From contig KZ538300.1 in the NCBI GenBank assembly GCA_000934665.2, positions 62,001 through 85,261 on the forward strand: a stretch of 23,261 nt of DNA, read 5' to 3'. Made by a program: the position numbers and the translations under genes. The DNA is from Catajapyx aquilonaris. Its lineage: Eukaryota. Every line of letters begins with the position of its first letter. Positions within the stretch are counted from its first letter, which is position 1. Shown here one piece after another: positions 1-13,325 of this stretch. Under the pieces are notes generated by a model. The model ran no database searches and had not been told where the DNA came from. It saw nothing but the letters and a program-made list of their open reading frames with translations.

Positions 1-1254
1 GTGGACATCATAAGGATGTGACGCCACAAGGAAGCTGTAGAGCAATTTCCTAGTTTCTATTTACATGCGGCGTGATTATTGGGCGTGATTCTAACTCGCA
101 AATTTTTTTCTCCGTAACAATGCTTGTGACGCACTGCTTCATGTAGTTCCCCCCAAATGACCTTGCCCGTGATTCGTGACCGAACTTCCCAACTCGATTT
201 CAAGCGTAATGTGAGTTTCGTAGCTTTATTTATGGGTAGACAATAAATAAAGCGGAAAAACCTGTGCAAAATGTGCGATGCATGATTTCAGTATATAGTC
301 TCGGTGCAAAACTACCATGTTGCAAGTCTCAGCTGATATCCGCACGCCACCCAAGAAATGACAATAGTTGTGTGCACCACATGTTCAGGTATCTGTTGGA
401 GCCGTATACAACATACTGCTCGGGCATGCGATATAAAGACCGCGAGGGGGGGAAAGCCACATGAACTTACTGACAATCCGGCAACAAATCTGATTCGAAA
501 TTTAGGTTCGTTCGATATGCATCTTGTGATTCCGAAGTAAACTGTACGTCGCAATTAGGAGCTGTAGGACAGTTAAAGTGGAAGGTCGGGAAGGCAAGGA
601 CGTGACTGCTGCGAAAAAGAAATTGCCGAGAGAGAAATAGAAGTAGGACCGTCCTGCCCCAACTACTCGAACCTTCCAAAATGAGGACTTTCATTGCGAA
701 TGGATTGCGAGAAGTGATGTTATGAAAGACATTCACAATGGGATCGAGAGGTGTATAGAGGAGATTATGGGATTTCTAAATGGGTCTTGACACGGAACAA
801 TGGGCACGATTTTTTTTCCTCGCTTATTTTCCTCCGGCAGATAAGAAATGAGGAAAATGTCTTACTAAAAAATTGGCAGATTATTACAGAAATATCCGTG
901 CTCGATTTGAAAAATTACGGTCTACTTGATTTCACATTATTGGCTCTATATGGAGTGAGCTTATCTGTACAAAAACATCTGCAGCGCCGGCAAACAAAAG
1001 CCCACTGATTCCGATAATCACAATAGCATCTGACAATGCATTCCTATCTAATTCCCTTGCACAATAATATTATTCGTAAAAATGGCACAGGCACACGATG
1101 CATGGTGGTGTTTATTGACTGAAAAAAACAAGCGGATATTGCTCAATAGACCTGATCGGAAAGGTACTGCATATATGTGCAGCTTTATGGCTTTACTGAT
1201 AACAATATTTTTCATGTCACTCCCGCACACTATTTAATAGCTAGAGCTCTTTTC

Positions 1255-1296
1255 TAACACCGTGTCAACATAAGAGCTTATGTTGATATGGTGTTA
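1255..1296. repeat. Near-perfect 42-nt palindrome (20-bp arms, 2 mismatches)
   Basis: taacaccgtgtcaacataag-ag-cttatgttgatatggtgtta. Confidence 0.88.
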
Positions 1297-4200
1297 AAGA
1301 ATCGTACGGTCATGAAGAAATGGCACTTTGCCAAATGACAACGAGACAATGTCAATGATATTTCCAACATTCACTTTCCTAGCTTCTCATCAATAGAATA
1401 CGGGAACCGGTATATGCAAAGGCAGCCCTCATTAAATGACTGCGCATAATTTGTTCATTTGGCCTTTAAAGATCGTATAGATAGATTCTTCCAACGCAAT
1501 TCTAAAGAAGAGGCTGGAGGGGGAAGGGGGGATGTTCTCGTGCGATAAGCTTAATGAATTTGGAATTCGATAAGATTGCTGCAATAATTCTGCAAGAAAG
1601 AACCAAGGGAAAATCCGTCGAGATTCCTGTTTCTTCGTTGCTTCTTTGATCCGGGATCAGCCTCTCCCTCCCCTTCCTCTCCCATCCACCCTCCCCACCC
1701 CCCTGCAAAAAAAACTGCGAAGATTTCATTCCATTTTTCTCCTTTCAAGGCTTACCCCAGAGATCCTTTATTATTTCAAAATGAAAATCTATATCCCCCG
1801 ACGTCAAGTATGGAGGCTCAGCTGTAATATACACAATAGGACATTTAACAAAACGCTTTCAGCGTAGACAGTAGAAAAAAGAAATGAAAAATTTAATTTG
1901 TCATCAACAAGTGTGACGAAGAACAACCATGACTGCATTAATATGTGTTGGACAACAATTGCACCACCATCATTATTAGTGAAAGTTATGCAGTAATGGC
2001 CTTGAGTTCATTTCTTTGCCAATATGACGTATGATCCTTTCACTCTGCCATTTTTTTCTTGCTCGTTATGAAAACATTGCATCCCAAATAATACAGCGCA
2101 TCAGAGTATGACCACACCTCAAACACTTTTCTTCCGGGGGCAGGAGAATTTTTTTTTTCGAAATGAAACCTGAGATTGATGTGGCGAAAAACCTTCCAAC
2201 CTTCGCCCTTTTGGGAAGCTTCTGGCAAGCCCCCAATAAGGTTGATCCATTTTGTCCCTCCAGAAGCTCTCCTCACCGATTGGAAACCGTTCAGGAGACC
2301 CCCAGGATTGAGACGGACCATTCTGTCCCGAATTTTGGTGTCTCCTCTCTCATCCTCTTCTCCCTACCTCCTCTCCTCTCCTTCCCAACACTCCCTCTCA
2401 CTGCTTCAGGCAAGACACAACTTTCCCATTTGTCGCAGTGCAGGAGACTGTTTACCAGCGCAAATCTCTCTCAGGCACGACATGAAATGATCGGGAGTGG
2501 ATGAATGTGCATAAAAAACTAAAAAACACATACACACACATGCGGTCGACATAGGGTGTCATGCTAAGACCCTCAAGCATACCCCCTATAATAAGATTAG
2601 TAAAATATTGGGAAGCAAAGGCTCGAATACCGCAGTCCTGATTATTATCAGTGGGCAGGAGCACGTCAGGTGAGCTGACCCGAAAGCTAGACTTGTCCAA
2701 TCGTACTGAATAACTCATGCCATCGATTGCAGGGTGTCTATACATATATGAAACCGACACGAACTAGTGGATTTCCTTGACTGCTTCGTGCGTATTTAGC
2801 GAACTATAATCAAAATGTAAGCAAAGTGTTGCACACAATAATAAAACATAAGATGAACAAAGAGTAGAGGTTAAGAATATAAAAAAGAGCCACAACGTAG
2901 CATGAACCAGTCTCTCTAAACAGTCTAAAGCAAGGCGACAGTTTTGACTGCCTGACATACATGCGATAGGGACGAGATTAAAGCGGAATATTATGCTGAT
3001 AGACTGACTCTCACGCATTACAGTATGTCCGTTGGTGACTAATACGGACAATTGCTTATATAAAACTTTTGCCAAAAATTTAGTCGTGCACTTCGTCCAT
3101 TGCGACATGCACATGGCAACAAGGAGCTCATTTTGCAAATCCATTGCACTCGAATGCAGCAGAGGTGGGGAATCATGAAAGGCGCGTGATGGGCAAAGTT
3201 TTCTTCACGATTATGGCTGGCCTTGTCATGCAAACCGAAAATAGCAAAACAGTCGTAACGCATGATAAGAGTCGGTATAGCTGACAATGGTGCCGACAAC
3301 CCCGTTCCTGAGGGAATGGAAAAAACGACAAGCCGGACATCCCAGCAACTTGCTAGTTATGACCTGTCACTATTCGAGTGGTGCTGTAACATAACGTAAA
3401 AAAAAGGCTGGAATGTATTCAAAGGGATGCTATAGAGCCTTGCAAAAAAGATCGCGTGTTGAGGCTGCAAGGAGAGTCCGCATGTTTTTCCGGTCTGCGC
3501 AATATCGGAACTGAACGTGCGGCGACTTTGAAAAATGTTGACAAGCGACACAGTCCGTTTCTAAAATTTTAAGCCGCCCAAAAAAATTCCGGCGCAGTTC
3601 ACCATTTCATTATTAAACTTGAACATCTCCTCCGGGAGCATTTGAAATGTAAATGCTGAGGAGGGCACCGCAGCTAAAAATAAAAAGAAATCGTTGCAGG
3701 AGTCTGTTTGTGGCGTGTAGGACACTTGGAATATTCCGTACCAAGTCTGGAACAGAACCATTACAATTTTCATGCTGGAGAGCCTCATAGTGGGGGGAGA
3801 CTCTAATTTCTAGTGCTTGTCACATTGCTAATTACGGTAGAGAGAAGTGCCATTTTTTCTGGCCGCATACAGGGAAAAAATTATAAAGTTCCTCCATTTA
3901 AGTTGACACTCCATCCTAATGGAAGTGATGAAGCACCCCGGAGAATTAATGTTCTGTCGGCAATAGCAACTCATTTGCGTCCTTCAATGTTCGCCAGTAA
4001 TCTTGCATACAATATAACAGTCACCTAAAATAATTGCTGATGTGGATATAGAGGCAGAGAAAAGAGGGACGAGAGTGATGGATCGATTGAGTCGATTTAG
4101 ACAAGAGGAAAGATATAGTCTGGGTTGAGGAGAGGATTTACCAGTTCGATTTTCCAATTCTGGTTTCATGAGCAGAGAGCTCTTTCCGAGGCTTTGCCTG

Positions 4201-6923
4201 AATCGGTCGTAACCCACACCGAGTGAATCGTGGTGAGATAACTGAAAGCATCAGGCCTGTCACAACATTTTGGCGTGTCCAGATAATATAAGCTCGCATT
4301 GGAACAAAAACTGCCGTTGGCTTGGATTCAACGGTACAAATTTCATGGCCAAAGTTAAGCCGGCCAAATGCAGAATTTGGCAACTATACCAAAGTCTATA
4401 TTCAGTTAGAAAAAACCCAAAAGACACTATACAGCGTCACGAAATACTCTGGGCCAGTAATAACTTCTCCCTGGCATCAAATGTATGCTGTTGTAATGTG
4501 CAGGAAGCAAAATACAGTAGGCTATAGCATATGCCGCATTGCCCTAATTTTAAATTGCAAAAATTATTGCTTTCAAACTAGATTATTAATCAAACGCAAT
4601 ATGCTACTCTGATGCTAATCTCGAAACATTGCAGGCGTTGTAAAAATACACGCGGCTTCCTGCAATTTCATTTGAATACACAATGAAGCATTGCCTTTTC
4701 CTGTATCACCCTACATTAATGAGCGGCGAAGTGTGCAATAATGTCAATTGCTCAACAGAACTATATTGACGAAGATGTCGGCTTGGCAGCGTTATTGCAT
4801 GTAATTATTCTGCAAGTGACATGATTTCGTCTTGTAAGCACTGGTATAACCAACAGCTAGATTAGTTTTCTCTATTTCAAGGCTGAAGCTATTTTCATCA
4901 ATTTGGCTTTTAAAATCTCTCCATTAAAGACAACGATAATCTGGATGCCGTTGCTGCAGCTATAAATTTGAATTCACACCTGAACAGCATGTTACCACCA
5001 TGTCATTTTACTGCCTGACGTGACAGGTGAACGCTTCTAAAAATAAATTGCCAACCAACCAGGTTGTTGCTGAATAATTGGCGAAAAAGCAGAGCAACAC
5101 GCTGTGTGACACATTTATATATTGAATGTGACGTGAGCGCATAAAACCATCACTTATTTACTATATATGGAGGGATTATCCAGTGCTCGCTATATAAAAT
5201 GTCTTTCAGCCGGTATATGTAATATTGTAGGAGACTTGCCCTATAGTGTGTAAATTTCACTTTCTCGCGCATACTGTGCTTGTGTTTTCCTCTTCCTGCA
5301 TCAACACAAACATCGTAATCCAATAACTACGAGGCAGTGTCATTATCAGCTAATTGGTGTTGGTGAGGTTCTAATCGATCCTCAGCATCCGATCACTAGA
5401 TATTGATTACATTAAAAATCAGGATTCCATCATCACGCATCAGCTGAACACCAGTAGTTGATTATTACGCTTTATTTTCAAAGTCCTGCTGAATTATGAA
5501 AAGAACGAGACGATTTATGTAATTTACTGCAGCTTCCCGACATAGCTGATAGGATTTGTTTACTGCTCCCATTTTTTTTGTGTGTCAAACCATAAACGTC
5601 AATGATCCTATAGAGGCGTAGTTTAATCTCGACCTATCCGACTTCAAATTTTAGAAACCGAAGGACTTAGGAATTCAGGTCCAGAGCCTTCTAAAATCGC
5701 CTTAGAGGAGAAGCGATAGGAATTGGGAACGAATCGCAGGGGCAGTTACTGGCCTATAGGCCGTGATCTATGTCGCTCCACCTTGACCCGCTGCTTTCAT
5801 TTCGCCGGATTTTCCCCTAGATCGCTATTCCTATCCCTTCAGTAGGTCGAACGAGCATGGGCATTTTCAGTCGAAAATCGCAGTGCGAATTGACGTCTCC
5901 CTGATCCCTCACCCCCATTTAATCTGCTATAGACATCTCAGTTCTCTCTGACTTTCGATTTTTCGCTCTGTGCAAGTAGGCCCACTCTGCCAATTTTCTC
6001 GGCTCAACCGACTCATCAGATACTTAAATTATACCAACTTTTATTCCTCATCCTCGACGTCTACCTGACAATAATGAGGGGGAAATTTACTTCAAAGAAC
6101 TTCGATTGCAAAAGAGACTTGAGTGAGTGCAAAAAAGCAAAGTTTTGTGTCAGAAGCTATTCTCGGACATGCGAAATTTTGTGGCAGTAGGCATTCACTT
6201 CAGGGACTAAAAATATGCATTCTAGTCACGTTGGAGTGCTAATTTTAAAATTGAATCTAACTAATATTTTTGCTGTCGAACAATGGTGTTAAGCGCCGAG
6301 CATTGGAGGGGAATATTAATGCAGCTACTCAAGTAACCCATTATGTTCAGGGTAAGTATAGGACTAGGACCACTGCAGAAACTTTGGGAGTGAGTGACTG
6401 CGTATCATTGACCTAATTTGAGATTCTATTATTATGTATGCGCAGAGTACTATTCCAGAACCGTACTCTTACACGTCAAAATGATTATAAGCGAGGCTCT
6501 TCTCTCATTACTGCAGCATTACTTTCATGCCGTTTTGCAGAGTTAATTTTGCGTAGGAAACTTCAAACGTGTGCTCACTTACAGTATAAGCTATAAGCCT
6601 CAGGCTAGTAAGAGGTTTCCCTCTCATTCGCATGCAATGCTTGCCGTTCTCTTTACAACTTCAAGAATTTGGTGAGATGTATATAGTATATACTCATGGA
6701 TGGATTAAAGGAATGGTAACTCATTCCAGCTCAAAGCTCTCAAATAATGTAAACATTGGCACGTTAACAAATGATATCAATATTGCAGGTGGTCCAATAC
6801 GTCTTGATAAGATTGCTGTAATGTCGCAATCGGGACAGTTAGATATATCGAACTATGTGATATAATATTGTGCAAACCCAACTCTAGAAAGCACCCGTTA
6901 TGATTTAATTGGAATTTTCAGTT

Positions 6924-6939
6924 ACACACACACACACAC
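6924..6939. repeat. (AC)8 microsatellite
   Basis: The run acacacacacacacac is directly visible. Confidence 0.85.
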
Positions 6940-8591
6940 CTTTACATTATAAAAACTCTACTGTAAGGGAATTCAGCAATGTGAAACGTTTTCCATTACA
7001 TTTAAATATGGTGTTGCCATTTTTGTACTGTTGATATCTTGTGATGTCTGTGAGCGTATCTGTATACACTCGTCCTTCACTAAAAGTGACCGCCTCTCTA
7101 AACGACTTTTCTGCCCAATGTAATGAAGGAAGTTCAGGTATGCCTTGAACCACTTGGCGTCCAAACTCCTTCATTACGACCCAATCCTCACCATGATTAT
7201 TCAGGAGCCTCTGCGCAAACCAGATAATCTAAATTCTGCACAGTGCGGTTTGTCACAGGCAAATTTTAAAATAATAGTGGATGGGCTGCCATCACGCAGG
7301 AAGGAAAGCTTGAAGCTGTATACAATTCGACATCCTTTTGGCGTCACAACATGCAGGCCACACCGTTTCATGTGAAGAGAAGACTTCAAGGCCGCGATTT
7401 GCGTGAACGTGCATTTGCATGTGTGACGGGTGAGCCCCGCAACTCTCAGCACACACGGGTGTCCGCAGAAATTTCCCTCCATAATTCCATAGTAAATTGG
7501 GAAAGGTTGGGGAGGAAGCGGGAGAAATCAAAATGCGGTCGTGCGCGCGTATGGTACATGATTCGTAGGCAAAAATCCTGTTGTTATTGGATATCGCATT
7601 AACTCCCCAGTCTCGCCGATTCAGTGAACCGGCATCGATCAGGTGTACATGGATTCGAAAGGTCAACGGAGTTACTGATCTGTGTACGTGGCGGGTTAAT
7701 GCAGACTAAAGCTCACCGTCACTTCCGCATTTTGGTCAACTGCGAGATACGCAGCAATACAGTAATAGAGAGATAACAGGAGGACTCGCTACTATCTTTG
7801 TGTATCCAACGAACCGCAAGGACGTAATAAAGTCTAGAGAGGCGGATCTAGTCGGGGGCGTAAATCAGTCACATGCCTAGTTGCGAAATATTACTCAGAG
7901 TGTGACAGTCAGACTACTACCGTCGCGATAATGGCTTGTTGGTAACTCAAATTATCGCGATGTTGAAATTTCCTTATGAATAACGACGCGACGGTGGGCT
8001 TTCCTTAGGTTCGGTTTTTACGTTACGGGTAATTCAGCAATTCTATGAACATTATAATGTCACACGCATTGCACGGGCTATGCATTATTTGCTATTACGC
8101 AGAAAGGGCCACCAAAATAAGCTTCTGAAAAGAACTTGCACCATTGTGCCATATATGTGCTTTTACCTGTCAATTGGCAGTATGTCACAAGGCCACCGCT
8201 ATTGTTGTGCATCACCAACACTTACTTAACCTAAGAACCTGTTCGCCTGACCAAAAAGATCTCAATCCCGATCAAATAATAAATTCCAAGTCAATTGTTG
8301 AGTATCCCCTGAAGCGAGATGACAATTTCCTAGGTGCAAACTACATTATTTTGTCTAGCACTAGCATATTTCCATGCTGCAGTATGCAGGCCACGTTTCA
8401 TTAAACTTTGGGGTCCCGAAGGGATCTAGGTTTTAATGGCGTTGTCATTAATTGAAAGTTGATAAGTGCAGCAAGAGGGAGCTTCCCACGTTACTCTGTG
8501 GCAGATTTGCATCGTTTCCATGCACGGAAAGAGGAGCAAGCTGGCACTCCCTGGAGAGCGTTTAAACAGAATTTGCATTTTAATTCTCCAG

Positions 8592-10854
8592 GGCTCTGGT
8601 GTGCCTCGTCCATGGATTCGCAGAGCACCTCCTCTGGTACGACCCCATCGGGAGGATCTTCGCTCAACGGGGATGCCTAGCTTTTGGCCACGATCACGGT
8701 ACGTTAACTACGGTGCAAAACATTATGTTCTGTTATACATCAGGCACAGGGGAAATGCAGACACTCCCATATGACAAAAATAATAATACAGAAATCGCCT
8801 TATCGTTATACAGTCGGACACGGAAGAAGCGACGGGGTACGAGCATACGTCGAATCCATAGATGAATATGTGGACGATATCGTTCACCATGTGGAGCAGA
8901 TTAAGAAAATGTATCCAGACGTGCCCACATACATCGTGGGACACAGCATGGTGAGTATTTCGTGGCTTGTTAAAATTTATCTGTTTCTGAACCCGTGCTG
9001 GCTGTTCTCTGAAAACCTGATTGACCTTTCCAGGGCGGAATGATCACCATTAGGTTGGCGATTAATCATCCGGACGTGTTTAAAGGCATGGTCTTGATGG
9101 GGCCTCTCATATCGTTTAACCCGGAGGAGGCCACTCCATTCCGGCTCTTCATGGCTCGAGTCTTCTGCTGGTTCCTGCCTCACTTACAGGTACCGCCGGC
9201 ACTTTGTGCCATTACTATATCCTTGGCTTTCCTGGTATTATACTCACACTCTGGGTATTAAGCGTTCTTAGCACCAGAATCGGTCAACTATGAAATTTTT
9301 ATAAAGCCTCTGCGGCTTTGACATTCACAAAATATTCCCAGTCATAATTATGTAGTACTGTACGTATAATACAACCGGATTCCAGAAAAACCGGATCTAC
9401 CAGAGAAATTTCCATAAAGCGGAAATGCTTTGAAAGGGGAAACCACTTTCCATGGAGGAAAGTAACAAGCCATATTTCTGGTCGAGTCAGCCATAACAAA
9501 GAATGGTTTTTACTAACATCCCTTTCTTTATGCGGCGAAGTAACATCGCGCACTATAATACTCAAATAAGATGTCTATATTGTCATAAAATAATATTGAT
9601 AATTTACTGCACAATGTTAGAAAGGATTTCTGGTAGGCCTAATTTCCACTCTGTGAACTTAAGTGCTATTTCAGTTTGGCCTCCAGATTCTCGCGTCTCT
9701 ATCATCCACTCTGGGAGGCACCAGACAACACATTCCGTGCATAATTGGATAAATTGGCGAAACGTCACTCAAGGCAAAGCCAGAATAACACATTATTATT
9801 GTCAGTTATAAAGACGGTGCCGTTATTGTTTTTTGTCAGTGCTCTCCATCACATCGGCCTTCAGAGTTGATGAAACCAACGGAAGCTGGAACCCACAGGT
9901 TTCAGTCACAACTCGCTGAAGTAGCCTACATACTGTATGAGTAACGTCACCTATTATATTTTATTGTCAAAGCATTACATAAGAACGGCGGGTGAGGTAA
10001 AAAAAAAGTGCCAATTTCTTTGGTGCAACAATCTCCTCAGTTGAGATTTCATGAGGAATTTATTTTAACCGAATAAGGTAGCCAATTATTTCCATATTAT
10101 TTTTAAAGTAGGTACCGGTATACAGAAGATTGAACAATTGAGCTTTTCAGAAGGGCTGGTACTCAAGCTGATCTCTCACCGTACTTTGCCTCCAACACTT
10201 ATACGAGCAGACAATTTTTAAAAAACCTCCCACCTTGGATCACGATAATTCATACCGTATACTCTTACAGAAACTTTTATGCAAACTCTATCCTGCTTCC
10301 TCTCTTTGAAATTTCAGCTTGCGAAATTCCGGGTCGATCTTGTCACGCGCGACCCGGTAATGCAGGAGAAGGTCCTCCAAGACCCCCTCTTTTGGAAAGG
10401 AGGAGTCAAATTGCGATGGGTCCTCGCAACAATGGAAGGAGTCCAAGTAAGCTTTCCCTGCACTAACCCCAACACCGGAGGTCTGGGTATCGTTCGTCAG
10501 ATCAGCAGAATCTTAAAGTCATTCGTTCTCTCCTTCCAGTACAACTTGTCCAATTTGTCCAAAGTGGAACTTCCCTTCCTGGTCCTTCACGGGGAAAGGG
10601 ACAGATTGTGTGCACTTGCCGGCGCCAAACTGCTCTACCAAAGCGCCAGTTCAACCGATAAGGAACTCAAGGTATGAATGCATTGCTTTAAGAGACGCAG
10701 CAACTAGGGCATTGCCTCACATCTAGCTCTAATCATCCCCGTGTCGCAGGTATTTCCTGAAGCTGAGCACCATCTCTATAATGAGCTTCCTGAAGTTCGG
10801 GAGAAGGCTTTGGAGGACACCGTGGCATGGATTTGCTCCAGATGCAAAACATAG
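8592..10854 (+). CDS. MGLL: Monoacylglycerol lipase-like alpha/beta hydrolase (Hydrolase_4 type), 5'-incomplete spliced CDS; exons 8592-8698, 8814-8950, 9034-9189, 10318-10446, 10540-10671, 10750-10854
   Basis: All 5 introns are GT-AG and phase-consistent. The spliced product reads ALVCLVHGFAEH...FGHDH/VGHGRSDG...VGHSM/GGMITI...GMVLMGPLISFNPEEATPF...LPHLQ/LAKFRVDLVTRD...DPLFWKGGVK...VQ/YNLSNLSKVELPFLVLHGERDRLC...DKELK/VFPEAEHHLYNELPEVREKALEDTVAWICSRCKT*, about 254 aa. It is colinear with human MGLL as recalled (HGAGEH, HDHVGHGQSEG, GHSMGG, NPESAT, PFLLLQGSADRLC, YHVLHKELPEV). The catalytic triad is present: Ser 8945-8947, Asp 10600-10602, His 10768-10770. Confidence 0.9.
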
Positions 10855-12145
10855 TCGCCCTGAACCTTGAGACGAATATAATATACGCAATACTCCCACT
10901 TGTCAGTTTACCACCATCAGGTTGGGTAGCACATCGCAGGGACTGGGTTTTTATAATAGACTATACGGTGGAGGAGGTGACAAAACAAGGCAAGCTCTAT
11001 TTTTTCCTAAGAAATGATAATGCTGGTGGAACAAGTCACATCTTTTATCAGGGCGCATTTTTCTTGTCGCTCGCAATTACTCTTCGACTGTGTTTACTCT
11101 ATGGCCATAGTTGGGAATTTTCCAAAGATGGAGTCTCCCTGTAATTTTATGCAAGTTGTAGACATATTTTCTCATGTTACTATTCAATCATCAAATAATT
11201 CTACAATATCACCATTGACAAGTACTGTGATTCTAAATCATTAAAATTCTCCCTATAGCTCGTATAACTTATTAGAAAGTAATGCCTTTCAATTCAACTG
11301 TCAAGAAACACTATAAGATTTCTAGTATCATGCCATAAGAGGTAACAAAATTCATTCCATAAACTGCTGAAAGTGCTTCTCTTATGGCCTCCAATTCCGT
11401 GCAGTTCTATATATAATTTTGGTGCCATAAAACACGTTTTGTGGATGTTCTGCATATAAAAAATACAATGAGCCCATTGCTCCAGGAATGTTTCGCTCCT
11501 ATTTCAAACCTTTAATTATTATTAATTACACGTAATGTATTACACGAGAACTTTACTTACATAGACATTCCTGATTTGTTATAAGAAGAACACGTTATGA
11601 ATAAGCAAAATTATGGTATAATGTATAAACTTGATCACTTCGTCATATCATAAAAACACAGAGTAGATGTACAGTACCTGTGTAGAATCAAAAATCGTTG
11701 GTCCAAATATTTCCTGGTTAGTATTTCGATGCATCCCTATCTGCATCGATGTTTCACTGTTATATTCCTATATTCGCGTCATATCTAGTCAGGTAGAAGT
11801 CACGCATCCTCATATAGTATATAGGTCTACCTCTACAATTTTTTTTAAAGTAATCTGCTACAGTCTAGTACTAACGAAACGTGCTCTCTCGTATCTACGT
11901 TGAGTAGATCTTCTTATAACCATAAGCACCTACGTCAACAGTACACATAAATTAGAGCCATGGTTTCTGAGTGTCTGCAGCAGCCTGTTATGGAATTTCT
12001 CGGCTGTCGCTCATTAAAATTTATCGACAAATTGTACTGTTTATGCAATAATGCCAAAACACCCAGGATCTGTACTTGTACTATACAAATAGTTTTATAT
12101 GACAATAATAATTATAAATGTTTTGTAATTCAAAGGAAAATTACA

Positions 12146-12151
12146 AATAAA
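12146..12151 (+). terminator. Candidate polyadenylation signal AATAAA for the MGLL-like gene
   Basis: The hexamer ends a ~1.3 kb AT-rich stretch after the stop codon. Motif evidence only. Confidence 0.25.
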
Positions 12152-12977
12152 TATTAGTTACAAGAAGATAAATGCATGGTATGTTGCACAGAAAGAACAA
12201 ACCTTCACCAATTATAGCCTCCTGCACTTGGAACAGACCACTGGTGGTCACAGGTCAGTATTAATGTGTCCTCCGTAACGTCATCAACGGCAAGAGAAAT
12301 GTCAAAGGCCGCAGTCACTTATTAATATTTTCCATACATTTTCCGCCTACAAATATTTTCGGGTATGGAATGTGGTATATTCTTCTCCTCTGAACATGTG
12401 GCCGAAGTAGGCCCTACACATGCGTGTACAACTATACATGCTGCCAATGACATCATTCCCGATTCCCGAGCGATACCTGTCTTTCAGTCTATAACTCGTC
12501 CTCACGGCGGATATGCGGATTAAGTTAGAATTTGCAATAATATTTAATATTTTACACGCTATTATCGGTTCCGTCATACAACACAATCATTATACCCACA
12601 CAAAATTTCACTTTCCACAGGCTACTGAGGCATTCACCCATAATGCAGTCTTAGCCATTAGAATATTATACTCGAACAGGTTCTTAATGAGAAAGGCGTA
12701 AAAATCAGTGATTGATCACATATCCTTAAAATAGGCCACCGCAGCCGGGTTAAAAATGCACGTGACTCATCTGCCTTTCTTTACATTCACCTATGTTCGA
12801 TTCCGACTCCTTATGAACTGAACATTTTTACATTCAGAAACCTTAACAATAACAGCTGATAACGTGACTTTGTAGGTCTCGCATGTACAGTATACTGTAC
12901 AGCATGTTCCGAGGATAGAAAATTCCATGAAATCTTACAAAATGTGTCCTCGTCCCATTGCGCGTAGGCCTTGACCA

Positions 12978-13084
12978 TTATAATAGTGAGGCTTTCTTTC
13001 GCCAGTTCTCACAAATGTGTGCCCGAAAATGCCTTGACAAGAATAAATACGACGAGATCCTCGGAGGAGATAATATACACCTTC
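12978..13084 (-). CDS. Possible terminal exon of the minus-strand gene (GRCILSPPRISSYLFLSRHFRAHICENWRKKASLL*)
   Basis: A pyrimidine-rich acceptor (cacccattttccag|) follows a 241-nt intron, and the phase-1 join is open to a TAA. Other frames or acceptors are possible. Confidence 0.3.
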
Positions 13085-13325
13085 CTGGAAAATGGGTGAA
13101 AATCTGGACAACCTTTTTGTTAATAACTTCAAAAATGTTCGCTAATGCCGCACCTTTCACGACGTCAATATATTGGTCACTTAATATTAGTACCGAGGGT
13201 GGTCAGAAGTTTATCATTCAGACTCATCCAATATATAGCCTTGGACACAAATCCAGTAATATATAATATAGTGATTGCTTCCATATAGTGATTGAGCAAT
13301 GAAATGCTGGGCAAGATGCACTTAC

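Noticed and set aside
2515..2669. Phase-2 donor CAG|GTGAGC giving ...SGQEHVR|ALVCLVHG as a possible first MGLL exon
   Set aside because: There is no in-frame ATG after the stop at 2512-2514 and no resemblance to the MGLL N-terminal W-x-P segment.
1569..6822. gataagattgctg(c/t)aat present at 1569-1585 and 6806-6822
   Set aside because: About one 16/17 match is expected by chance in a 23 kb AT-rich window.
6973..7174. Minus-strand KWFKAYLN resembling the LINE reverse transcriptase W-F-x-S-Y-L motif
   Set aside because: No downstream GVPQGS or YADD motifs are visible, and the match is too short to call a retroelement.
57..8404. Numerous 60-126 aa ORFs on both strands in the first 8.4 kb
   Set aside because: They show no recognisable motifs or consistent splice and codon signals, and their lengths are what chance gives when GTG/TTG starts are allowed.
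9190..9261. Read-through into the long MGLL intron gives a hydrophobic tail (ALCAITISLAFLVLY)
   Set aside because: T-rich intron sequence commonly translates as hydrophobic, and the product would lack the catalytic Asp and His.
12347..13132. Loose YSC...FGH.F..GE similarity between two minus-strand ORFs
   Set aside because: The match is gapped and short, and it is not phase-compatible with the best acceptor.
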